Below are positions 1 to 8,055 of a DNA stretch of 64,000 nt, piece after piece (positions within the stretch are counted from its first letter, which is position 1; every line of letters begins with the position of its first letter). Position numbers and translations under genes: made by a program. Source of the stretch: Candidatus Aminicenantes bacterium (GTDB taxonomy: Bacteria > Acidobacteriota > Aminicenantia > Aminicenantales > UBA8522); assembly GCA_963764885.1 (NCBI GenBank), contig CAVXUH010000007.1:749066-813065 (forward strand), given 5' to 3'. Below the pieces are notes generated by a model. The model had not been told where the DNA came from. It made no database searches and worked only from the letters and a program-made list of their open reading frames with translations.

Positions 1-1423
1 CCCGGAGGAAGTGGAGCGACCGGTCCTCGGCTTCGAGGCCGAAGCGCTGGAAGGCGAGGAGCAGCAGCTCGTGGAGGTCTTTTCCCTCCCGCTCCTCATA
101 GAGAGGCAGGAGCTGCCCGAGCGTGTCCTTTTCGAGGAAGATGATCTTGTTGGGCAGCGCGTAGGTGAAGACCTCGGTGCCGCTGTCGGCGAACCGGTCC
201 TGGCCGGCATCGTAGGAGAGCAGCGGGACCGCGATCTTCTTCTTGGATTTCTTCAGCCAGAAGTTGAACTGGTAGGGCCCTTTCTTCTCGAGCGTCAGGC
301 TTGTTCCCTGGGGGATGTTATAGGCCTGGTAGTAGTCCTTGAGGCCCAGGAAAAAGCAGTTCGTCGGGTAGTAATAGACGGTGTAGCTCTTCCCGTCTTC
401 GGCGTCGGTGAACGTATACTCGCGGGCGTGGGCGAGCTCCTTGTTCAGGGTCCGGGGGACCCTGACGCCGCCGGAGAGGACCTCGCGCCAGGTGAGATAT
501 ATCTTCAGCGGAAATTCATGGAAGGTGCTGAGCTGGGGCTTCTCCGCTCCCTCAGCTTCGGGGAGCTTTACCTGAGGGGCGGACAGCGGCAGGCCCTGGA
601 GGAAGGAGTTCAGGATGCTCTTGAGGTGCCACTTCCCCCAGCCGATGGGCGACACGAAGACAAAGTCCTTTTTGTGCTTTTTGTCGAGCGCGCAGTTCAG
701 GGAGATGCAGGTGATGTCGAAGAGGTCGTGCGAGGGCTCCAGCCCGAAGTGGCGGGTGACCAGCTCCTCCGTGAGCCTGGATTGCCCGGCCTCCGTGATC
801 TCCTGTTCGACGGCCTTGATCTTCTCCTCGGGAACAGCGACCTGGTTCCTGGTCAGCTGCCAGTAATCGAGCCAGTTGAAGAACTTGTCCGACTTGGCCA
901 GGGCCGTGCGGAGGTTCTTCTCGAGCGCCTTCATGTCCTTGTCGGTCATGGGCAGCTCGCAGAGGCGGGGGTCCTCCGCCTTGCCCAGCGTTTCGGCCGC
1001 CTGGCCCTGCCCGTCGCAGTTTGACGGCAGGAGCACCTGGGTCTTCGTCTTTTTCATGTAGTCGACGTACTTCCGGAAGACCCCTCCCCCGGTGTAGTCG
1101 ACCTCGAGCATCTCGCACTGGTAGCTCTGATAATAGATCTTGTTGACGACCTTGAGGACGACCGCTCCCTTGAAGTGCTCGACCGTCTTGCTGCTCACGG
1201 TCAGGGACTCGTCGTAGTCTTTGTAGACCTGGTCGCCGACCTCGTACTTGCAGCCCGGGTCGTATTTCAGGACGTCCTGGATGCGCTGGCTGGCGGTCTT
1301 GTGGAAGGCGAGCTTTTCGTTGATCTCGTGGAGGGCGAGCGGCTTGGGCGTCTGCTCGAGCTCGTGTTCGATAAACGCCAGATTCTCTTCGGTGACCTGC
1401 GTGGGATTGTTCTCTTTGCTCAT
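1..1423 (-). CDS. Hypothetical protein (>470 aa, runs off the left edge), translationally coupled to argF
   Basis: Not in the ORF track because it has no stop in the window. My translation begins MSKENNPTQVTEENLAFIEHELEQTPKPL and stays open to base 2. Its ATG (1423-1421) overlaps the argF TGA (ATGA). Codon usage is typical of real genes here. Confidence 0.8.
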   Translation of the reverse strand, partial: MSKENNPTQVTEENLAFIEHELEQTPKPLALHEINEKLAFHKTASQRIQDVLKYDPGCKYEVGDQVYKDYDESLTVSSKTVEHFKGAVVLKVVNKIYYQSYQCEMLEVDYTGGGVFRKYVDYMKKTKTQVLLPSNCDGQGQAAETLGKAEDPRLCELPMTDKDMKALEKNLRTALAKSDKFFNWLDYWQLTRNQVAVPEEKIKAVEQEITEAGQSRLTEELVTRHFGLEPSHDLFDITCISLNCALDKKHKKDFVFVSPIGWGKWHLKSILNSFLQGLPLSAPQVKLPEAEGAEKPQLSTFHEFPLKIYLTWREVLSGGVRVPRTLNKELAHAREYTFTDAEDGKSYTVYYYPTNCFFLGLKDYYQAYNIPQGTSLTLEKKGPYQFNFWLKKSKKKIAVPLLSYDAGQDRFADSGTEVFTYALPNKIIFLEKDTLGQLLPLYEEREGKDLHELLLLAFQRFGLEAEDRSLHFLR

Positions 1424-2349
1424 GTTTTTCCGTGTTTACCCATTAATAATACCATAATTGTCTTTTGGACATGAAGCCGGTTTTCGGCCTGGTCGAAAAC
1501 GACCGAGGCGGGCGAGTCGATCACTTCGTCGGTGACCTCGTCGCCCCGGTGGGCCGGCAGGCAGTGCATGAAATAGGCGCCGGGCCTGGCGGCGGCCATC
1601 AGGCCGGCGTTCACCTGGAAGGGGGCGAAGATCGCCGCCCGCGCCTCTTTTTCGGCCTCCTGGCCCATCGAGGCCCAAACGTCGGTGTAGACCGCGTCGG
1701 CGCCGGCGACGGCTGCCCGTGGGTCATGGGTCAGCGCCAGCTCGAACCCCGTCTCCCGACCGTCTTCGCGCGCCTGGCGGACGATCTCCGGGTCGGGCTC
1801 GTAGCCGGGCGGAGTGGCGACAGCCAGCCGGCTGCCGGCCTTGGCGGCGGCGAACATCAGGCTGTGGCAGACATTGTTTCCGTCGCCGGTGTAGGCGAGC
1901 TTCAGCCGGGCAAGGTCGCCGTGCTTCTCCTTCAGGGTGAAGAAATCGGCCATCGCCTGGCAGGGGTGGAGGAGGTCGGACAGGGCGTTGATGACGGGGA
2001 TCTTGACGGCGGCGGCGAGGTCGAGGACGTTCTGGTGGGCGAAGGTCCGGATCATGATGCCGTCCACCCAGCGCTCCAGGTTCTTGCCCACGTCGTGGAA
2101 GGACTCCCGGACGCCCACCTGGCCGTCGCCGGGGCTCAAGTAGACCGCGTGGCCACCGAGCTGGAGCATGCCGACCTCAAACGTCATCCGCGTCCTGAGC
2201 GATGGCTTCTGGAAGATCATCGTCAGGACCTTGCCCTTCAGGGCCTTGCGGTAGTCGGCCGGCGATCCCTTGATCTTCGCAGTCAGGTCCATGATCTCAT
2301 TGAACTCGTAGAGGCTGAGCTCATGGATGGTGATAAAGTCTTTCTTCAT
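1420..2349 (-). CDS. argF: Ornithine carbamoyltransferase (catabolic context, ArcB-like role)
   Basis: SLRTR carbamoyl-phosphate motif, HPCQ, WASMGQE, FMHCLP and QAENRLH motifs; AGGAG RBS. Confidence 0.95.
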   Translation of the reverse strand: MKKDFITIHELSLYEFNEIMDLTAKIKGSPADYRKALKGKVLTMIFQKPSLRTRMTFEVGMLQLGGHAVYLSPGDGQVGVRESFHDVGKNLERWVDGIMIRTFAHQNVLDLAAAVKIPVINALSDLLHPCQAMADFFTLKEKHGDLARLKLAYTGDGNNVCHSLMFAAAKAGSRLAVATPPGYEPDPEIVRQAREDGRETGFELALTHDPRAAVAGADAVYTDVWASMGQEAEKEARAAIFAPFQVNAGLMAAARPGAYFMHCLPAHRGDEVTDEVIDSPASVVFDQAENRLHVQKTIMVLLMGKHGKT

Positions 2350-2358
2350 CGGGTTCTC

Positions 2359-2563
2359 CTAGTGTCCCGTCCTATAAATCCGTTTCCTAAGTCCTGCGCA
2401 TAGACGGGACACTTCCAGGGGGGAGTCAAGCTCCCCCCTCGGCGCTTCGTTTCACTCAGCTGACCCCCTGAGGGGAACGACGCCGTCCCCCTCAAACTCC
2501 CCCGCGGTGGCGCGTCTTTGTTGATCATTCTATGCTCATACTATCTCTGAGACGCACCACTAG
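2359..2563. mobile_element. CTAG-bounded ~205-bp structured repeat (MITE-like), copy A
   Basis: Starts CTAGTGTCCCGTC and ends GACGCACCACTAG. Aligns end to end with 39793-39999 and has four internal inverted repeats. No convincing ORF. Confidence 0.75.
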
Positions 2564-3507
2564 CCGGCCACGATCCGGGTGCCGGTGCGCTTGAGCAGGG
2601 CGGCCTTGAGGTGGGCCGCCGAGGTGATCAGCACTTCCTGGCCGCCGGCCTCGACGAACTCGATGGCCGCCTCGATCTTGGGGCCCATCGAGCCCGCCGG
2701 GAACTGGCCGAGCGCGAGCTGCCGCCGGGCCTCGGCCACGGTCAGGACGTCCAGCGGGCGCTCCTGAGGCGTGCCGTAATCGAGCGAGACGCGCTCGACG
2801 TTCGTCAGGATGACGAACAGGTCCACCTTAACCTCCCGGGCGATCAGGCTGGCCGTATAGTCCTTGTCGATCACCGCCTCGATCCCCTTGAACAGGCCGT
2901 GCCCGTCGATGATCACGGGGACGCCCCCCCCGCCGGCGGCGATGACGATCCGCCCGGCGCCGACGAGGTCCCGGACGATCCACTTGGAGACGACGTCGAT
3001 CGGCCGGGGCGACGGCACGACCTTCCGCCAGCCTCGGCCGGCGTCCTCGATCATCTTCCACTTCTTTTCCCTGGCCAGGGCCTGCGCCCGGAACTGCGGG
3101 TAGAACGGCCCGACGGGTTTGGTGGGCCCGGCGAAGGCGGGGTCGTCCTTGTCCACGACCACCTGGGTGACGATGGTGGCGACTTCCTTGTCGAGCGAGC
3201 GCCGGCGGAGCTCGTTGATGATCGCCCTCTCCAGCATGAACCCCATGCTGCCCTCGGTCATGGCATCGCAGACCTCCAGGGAGAAGGGCGGGATCTTGGT
3301 GACCGCCTCCTCCATCTGGATCAGGAGGTTGCCGACCTGCGGCCCGTTGCCGTGGACGATGATCAGGTCGTAGCCCTTGCGGACGACATGGACCATCAGC
3401 CGGGCGGCGCGCTCGGCGTTGCGCTGCTGCTCCTCCTGCAGCCCGCGCGCGCTGGCCGGGAGCAGGGCGTTGCCGCCGAAGGCGATCAGGGCGAGTTTTC
3501 GTTTCAT
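2560..3507 (-). CDS. arcC: Carbamate kinase
   Basis: AFGGNAL, HGNGPQVG, PTKPVGPFY, RKVVPSPRP, EAVIDKD and GSMGPK motifs. Confidence 0.95.
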   Translation of the reverse strand: MKRKLALIAFGGNALLPASARGLQEEQQRNAERAARLMVHVVRKGYDLIIVHGNGPQVGNLLIQMEEAVTKIPPFSLEVCDAMTEGSMGFMLERAIINELRRRSLDKEVATIVTQVVVDKDDPAFAGPTKPVGPFYPQFRAQALAREKKWKMIEDAGRGWRKVVPSPRPIDVVSKWIVRDLVGAGRIVIAAGGGGVPVIIDGHGLFKGIEAVIDKDYTASLIAREVKVDLFVILTNVERVSLDYGTPQERPLDVLTVAEARRQLALGQFPAGSMGPKIEAAIEFVEAGGQEVLITSAAHLKAALLKRTGTRIVAG

Positions 3508-4811
3508 CAGAACTTCGCCAGGACCTCCGCGAGGTTCGGGGAGCCCTGCTCCTCAAGCTCATAGGTCACGTGGATCAGCTTTTTGTTGGGCTGGATGAGC
3601 CGGCGAAGGTCGATCGGCGTGGCGCTGACCACCAGGTCACAGTCGACGGCGTTGATGGTCTCGCCCAACTCCTCGATCTGCTTCTTGCCGTAACCCATCG
3701 CCGGGAGCACCCTGTCGAGATGCCGGTACTTGGCGAAGGTCGCCTTGATGCTGCCCACGGCCGCCGGCCGGGGGTCGACGATCTCGGCCGCGCCGTATTT
3801 CCGGGCGGCGACGACGCCCGCCCCGTAGGCCATCTCGCCGTGGGTGACGGTCGGCCCGTCCTCGATGACCAGGACCCGCTTGCCGGCGATCTCCCAGCCG
3901 TCGGGGGCGCTCACGGGGGAGTTGGCCCGGATGACGATGGCCCCGGGGTTGAATTTCCGGATGTTGTCCAGGACGGCCTGGACCTTTTCGGGCGCGGCGG
4001 TATCCATCTTGTTGATCACCAGGACGCCGGCCCGGCGGAAGTTGGTCTCGCCGGGGTGGTAAAGCATCTCGTGGCCGGCCCGGTGGGGGTCGACGACCGT
4101 AATCTCGAGGTCAGGCACATAGAACGAGAAATCGTTGTTGCCGCCGTCCCAGAGGATGATGTCGGCCTCCTGCTCGGCCTGGTCGAGGATCGCCTGATAA
4201 TCGACGCCGGCGTAGACGATGATGCCCTTGTCGATGTGGGGCTCGTACTCTTCGCGCTCCTCGATGGTGCACTCGTTCTTGACCAGGTCGTCGTAGGTGG
4301 CGTACCGCTGGACCTTCTGCCTGACGAGGTCGCCGTACGGCATGGGATGGCGAATGACCACCACCCTGCGGCCCTTGTTTTTGAGCAGGAGCGCGACCCG
4401 GCGGCTGGTCTGGCTCTTGCCCGAGCCGGTCCGCACGGCACAGACCGAGATCACCGGCTTCCGGCTGGGGATCATCGTTTCGCAGGGGCCCAGGAGCGAG
4501 AAGCTCGCGCCGGCGGCCTGGACGAGCGAAGCGCGGTGCATGACGTACTCATGGGGGACGTCGCTGTAAGCGAAAACGACCTCCCGGACGTCGAGCTTGG
4601 CGATGAGTTCGGGGAGCTCAGCCTCGGCGGAGATCGGGATGCCGTCGGGGTAGAGCCTGCCCGCCAGGGCGGCGGGGTATTTCCGGCCCTCGATGTCGGG
4701 GATCTGGGTGGCCGTGAAGGCGGCGACGCGGTAGGCGTCGTTGTCGCGGAAGTGGACATTGAAATTATGGAAATCCCTTCCGGCGGCCCCCATGATGATC
4801 ACGTTTTTCAT
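3507..4811 (-). CDS. arcE: COG2403 P-loop protein (cyclic 2,3-diphosphoglycerate synthetase-like); probable arginine synthetase
   Basis: N-terminal IIMGAAGRDFHNFN, P-loop RTGSGKS, RHPMPYG, EEREEYE, WDGGNND, EDGPT and PAMGYG motifs. ATG 4811 has a GGAGG RBS. First gene of an operon with arcC and OTC. Confidence 0.8.
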   Translation of the reverse strand: MKNVIIMGAAGRDFHNFNVHFRDNDAYRVAAFTATQIPDIEGRKYPAALAGRLYPDGIPISAEAELPELIAKLDVREVVFAYSDVPHEYVMHRASLVQAAGASFSLLGPCETMIPSRKPVISVCAVRTGSGKSQTSRRVALLLKNKGRRVVVIRHPMPYGDLVRQKVQRYATYDDLVKNECTIEEREEYEPHIDKGIIVYAGVDYQAILDQAEQEADIILWDGGNNDFSFYVPDLEITVVDPHRAGHEMLYHPGETNFRRAGVLVINKMDTAAPEKVQAVLDNIRKFNPGAIVIRANSPVSAPDGWEIAGKRVLVIEDGPTVTHGEMAYGAGVVAARKYGAAEIVDPRPAAVGSIKATFAKYRHLDRVLPAMGYGKKQIEELGETINAVDCDLVVSATPIDLRRLIQPNKKLIHVTYELEEQGSPNLAEVLAKF

Positions 4812-4884
4812 GAAAAGTTCTCCTCCGTTTTTTCGCCGTTTCAGGATAATAATGCCGAACTTCACCCTCTGAAAGGGCGGCTTA

Positions 4885-4913
4885 AGTATAATATAGGCGT
4901 CCCGCCAATTCAA
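4885..4913 (-). promoter_or_regulatory. Sigma70-type promoter of the arcE-arcC-argF operon
   Basis: Minus strand reads TTGAAT-N17-TATACT. Confidence 0.65.
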
Positions 4914-5086
4914 CGCCGCCGGCCGGGAACCGGCCGCGGCCTCCCCGGGCCGTCCGCCGCGAGTCCTCCCCGGCAGCCGTTTTTTTCCTTCCGGGCAGGA
5001 CGGGGTGCCTCTCTTCCTCGGCGCCGAGGCACGCCTTTCGGATTCTTTTCATTCGGAGAAAAGCGATTTTCAAAAAGCCACAATTC

Positions 5087-5103
5087 TTGGCACGAATCTT
5101 GAA
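5087..5103 (+). promoter_or_regulatory. Sigma54 (-24/-12)-type promoter
   Basis: TTGGCACGAATCTTGAA matches TGGCAC-N5-TTGC except for one base at -12; about 16 nt upstream of a GAGG-ATG start at 5119. Confidence 0.6.
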
Positions 5104-5118
5104 TAGCAAAGAGGTGTC

Positions 5119-5512
5119 ATGAGATTAGTCATCTTATCTTCCCCGCTCCTCCGAAAAAGGGCGGCGCTTTCTGGACGGGCTCCGCCGTCTGCCTTCCGAG
5201 ACCAGCGTGGAGGTGTTCGACACACAGGCCGGATTCATCAAACGGCTCCGGCAGCCCAAGGACGATTCTCTGATCGCCATTCTCTTCGACCCGAGCAACG
5301 AAGACCTCGAGAGCATGGGGGGCGTCAGGGAATATCTCGTCAATGTCTCCCTCCTGCTCGTCCTCTCCGACCAGGATCCCCTGACCTTGGCCCTGGCCCA
5401 CAGGCTTCTGCCGTCGTATATCACCTATGTCGACAGCGACCTGTCCCAACTCTTGTCGGTCATCGGCAAGCTCCTGCCGGCGGGCGGGGAGGTCCGCAAG
5501 GTCGGTCCCTGA
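5119..5512 (+). pseudogene. Small receiver-fold-like hypothetical protein with an apparent +1 frameshift near 5134
   Basis: Removing one T at ~5134 joins MRLVI (ATG 5119, good RBS) to YLPRSSEKGRRFLDGL...VEVFDTQAGFIKRLRQP...LLPSYITYVDSD (frame of ORF 5207-5512), giving ~130 aa with an alternating beta/alpha pattern. Confidence 0.55.
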
Positions 5513-5531
5513 CCCTGTCATCGATTGATTC

Positions 5532-5822
5532 ATGAAGACACAGCGCGGTCGGTGGTTTGCTGACAGCGATACACTCGTCGTGAGCTATGACAACGGCCGC
5601 CTGATGCGGATCTTCAGCTTTCCGCCCGAAGGGCCCGCCACGCCCGGCGAGGCTCTCGCCTGGATCTCGGGCACGCGCAGTTCCGCTTGGCTGACGGATG
5701 ACGACCTTCGGGACCTCGACCGGGCGCTCCATGACCTGTTCGGCCGGCGGCCGGCTTCAAGGCTTTCGGAGCGCGTTCTGAAGACGGCTGTGCTTGACGC
5801 TGTAGAGAAAGTAGATCAATAG
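5532..5822 (+). CDS. Hypothetical protein (96 aa)
   Basis: ATG ORF 20 nt after the previous gene; protein-like composition. Its 3' end overlaps the convergent permease by 66 bp. Confidence 0.45.
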   Translation: MKTQRGRWFADSDTLVVSYDNGRLMRIFSFPPEGPATPGEALAWISGTRSSAWLTDDDLRDLDRALHDLFGRRPASRLSERVLKTAVLDAVEKVDQ

Positions 5823-7175
5823 CCCGGCCAAAAGCCAGGCGCCGAACCGGATCCAAGTCACCTTGGGAAGGCTGTACATGAGGTAGAAACAGAAGCCGAC
5901 CGTGATGAGGGGAGTGAACGGCACGCCCGGGGTCTTGAACTTCCTCTCGACCTCGGGCCGCGTCTTTCTCAGGATGATGACGCCCAGCGAGACGAGGACG
6001 AACGCGAACAGCGTTCCGATATTGCAGAGGTCGATGATCATCGACAGCGGGAAAAGGCCGGCGATCAGGGCGGTCACCGACCCGGTGATCCAGGTGCAGA
6101 TGTGGGGGGTCTGGTGGACGGGGTGGACCCGGGCGAAGGCGTCGGGCAGGAGGCCGTCGCGGGCCATCACCATGAAGATCCGGACCTGCCCGTAGAGGGT
6201 GACGAGAAGCGTCGAGATCATCCCGATGACGGCGCCCGTCGCCACCAGCGCCCCGCCCCAGCGGATGCCGATCCGGGCCAGGGCTCCCGGCAGGGCGTTG
6301 CCGACGTCGATCTCCTTGAACGGCACCATGCCGGTCAGGACAAAGGCCACGGCGACGTAGAGGATGATGACGACCCCCAGGCAGAGCATCAGGCCCAGCG
6401 GGACGTCGCGCTTGGGGTTCCGGGTCTCCTCGGCCGCCGTCGATACGGCATCGAAACCGATGTAGGCGAAGAAAATGATGGCCGCGCCGGCCATGATCCC
6501 CTTCCAGCCGAACGGGGCGAAGGGGCTGAAGTTGACCAAACTGACGTGCGAAACGCCCAGGACGATGAAGAGCAGGATCACCGCGATCTTGACCGCGACG
6601 ATGATGTTGTTGATCTTGGCGCTCTCACGGATCCCGATGTACAGGACCCAGCTGACGGCCATGGTGATCAGGACGGCCGGCAGGTCGACGACGCCGCCGG
6701 AGAAGACCACCCTGCCCGCGGCGGACGTCGTCAAGGGGGGGGTGACCAGCGCCTTGGGCAGGTGCAGCCCCAGCTGGTCGAGGAGCGGGATGAAGGTGGT
6801 CGACCAGCCGGAGGCGACGGCGCTGGCCGCGACCAGGTACTCGAGCATCAGGTCCCAGCCGATGATCCAGGCGACGACTTCGCCGAAAGCCACATATGAA
6901 TACGAATAGGTGCTGCCGGCGACGGGGAACATGCAGGCCAGCTCGGAGTAGGTGAGGGCGCAGAAGGCGCAGGTGACGGCGGCGATAATGAAGGAGAGCA
7001 GTATGCCGGGCCCCGCCAGCTGGGATCCCTGGCCGGTGGCCACGAAAATCCCGGTCCCGACGACCGACCCGATGCCCAGCGCGGCCAGATCGACGGCCCT
7101 GAGGTTCTTCTTGAGCTCGGTGTGGTCGGAGGCTTCGTTGATCTGCTGGGGGGTCTTGGTCACCCAGATGTTCAC
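5757..7175 (-). CDS. APC-family amino acid permease (cationic amino acid transporter-like)
   Basis: GIGSVVGTGIF, GSTYSYSY, FFAYIGFDAVSTAAEE motifs and many TM helices. Probable GTG start at 7175 with AGGGGG upstream; the ORF track extends it to 7322. Confidence 0.9.
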   Translation of the reverse strand: MNIWVTKTPQQINEASDHTELKKNLRAVDLAALGIGSVVGTGIFVATGQGSQLAGPGILLSFIIAAVTCAFCALTYSELACMFPVAGSTYSYSYVAFGEVVAWIIGWDLMLEYLVAASAVASGWSTTFIPLLDQLGLHLPKALVTPPLTTSAAGRVVFSGGVVDLPAVLITMAVSWVLYIGIRESAKINNIIVAVKIAVILLFIVLGVSHVSLVNFSPFAPFGWKGIMAGAAIIFFAYIGFDAVSTAAEETRNPKRDVPLGLMLCLGVVIILYVAVAFVLTGMVPFKEIDVGNALPGALARIGIRWGGALVATGAVIGMISTLLVTLYGQVRIFMVMARDGLLPDAFARVHPVHQTPHICTWITGSVTALIAGLFPLSMIIDLCNIGTLFAFVLVSLGVIILRKTRPEVERKFKTPGVPFTPLITVGFCFYLMYSLPKVTWIRFGAWLLAGLLIYFLYSVKHSRLQNALRKP

Positions 7176-7322
7176 GCGTCTACCCCCTTTCTTCCAGCCC
7201 TGCTCTTTCCGGTCGTATCCTTTTCCGCCCTTCTTCGTGGAGTGGGGCTTGCCGGGCGGCGGCAGGGGACGGCGCACCTGCTTCCAGATCGGCTTCTGGC
7301 GTCTGGCGACTTGATGCGGCAT
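7172..7322 (-). CDS. Short basic peptide (~49 aa) with an ArfA-like KKGGKGYDRK motif, read in frame into the permease as given
   Basis: Own AAGGA RBS and ATG at 7322: MPHQVARRQKPIWKQVRRPLPPPGKPHSTKKGGKGYDRKEQGWKK. Confidence 0.5.
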
Positions 7323-7337
7323 TCTCTATTCCTTACT

Positions 7338-7436
7338 GGGGACTGTCCCCGGCAGCTTATACTATCATTCTGGGCGCGGATCTGTCGCTAACAGCCACTC
7401 GTCCCCGGCGAAGTGGGGACACGCCACGTCATGGCG
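7338..7436. repeat. GGGGAC-based palindromes/hairpins (REP-like or terminator)
   Basis: GGGGACTGTCCCC (7338-7350), GTCCCC..GGGGAC hairpin (7401-7420) and CGCCA..TGGCG hairpin; related motif at 29510-29555. Confidence 0.45.
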
Positions 7437-7449
7437 CGCAGGATGCCAT

Positions 7450-7932
7450 TTAGAGAGAAACGATTTCCACCGCCAGTCTCTCCGGGTCGATCAGGGCGAC
7501 ACTGCTTTTGCCCGTCAGCCAGCCGCCCGTCTCGCCGGGATTGACGGCCAGGGTTTTTCCCTGTCTTCTGATCTCGGCCTTGTGGGTGTGCCCGAAGATG
7601 ACGATATCATATCTGCCCGAGGCGACATACTCCGGCACCGGGAAATTGACGTGGCACAGCAGGATCTCTCTCCCCGCGTGGGAAAAGACGGAGGGCGCCT
7701 CCTGGATTTCTCCGAAAGGCTCGATGGCCATCTTGAGCCCCGGCTTCTCGCCGTCGACATTGCCATACACCGCCTTGACCCGGCAGTCGAGCGCCGCCAG
7801 CTCCTTGATGGCGAACGGCGCCACGATGTCGCCGGCGTGGACGACCAGGTCGCAGGATGCTTCGTTGAAGATCGAAACGGCCCGGCGGATCATCGTCAGG
7901 TTGTCGTGGGAATCCGACATCACCCCGATCAT
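7450..7932 (-). CDS. YfcE/MJ0936-family metallophosphoesterase
   Basis: SDSHDN, HAGD, YGNVD, FGHTH and NPG motifs; ATG 7932 with GGAG upstream. Confidence 0.9.
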   Translation of the reverse strand: MIGVMSDSHDNLTMIRRAVSIFNEASCDLVVHAGDIVAPFAIKELAALDCRVKAVYGNVDGEKPGLKMAIEPFGEIQEAPSVFSHAGREILLCHVNFPVPEYVASGRYDIVIFGHTHKAEIRRQGKTLAVNPGETGGWLTGKSSVALIDPERLAVEIVSL

Positions 7933-8055
7933 GTCTTTTCTCCCATACTGAATTATAGCCTCCCGGGAGGTGTTTTGAGAAGCCTGGAGCCTCGAACCGC
8001 CGGTTTCCGACCGGGAACACCGCTGAGCTCCGGCGGCCTGCCTCCCGGCCGCGTA

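Noticed and set aside
11-1024. 337-aa plus-strand ORF and many other long antisense or alternate-frame ORFs (e.g. 3570-5102, 8266-10113, 14988-16883, 55999-58413, 61971-63836)
   Set aside because: Shadow ORFs of real genes in high-GC DNA: no motifs, skewed composition, and complete overlap with well-supported CDSs.
2346-2528. 60-aa minus-strand ORF within the CTAG element
   Set aside because: Not maintained as an equivalent ORF in copy B, no RBS, and too short for a transposase.
2359-2563. CRISPR interpretation of conserved stems with ~30-nt variable loops
   Set aside because: The flanking sequences are inverted rather than direct repeats, there is no tandem array, and no cas genes are in the window.
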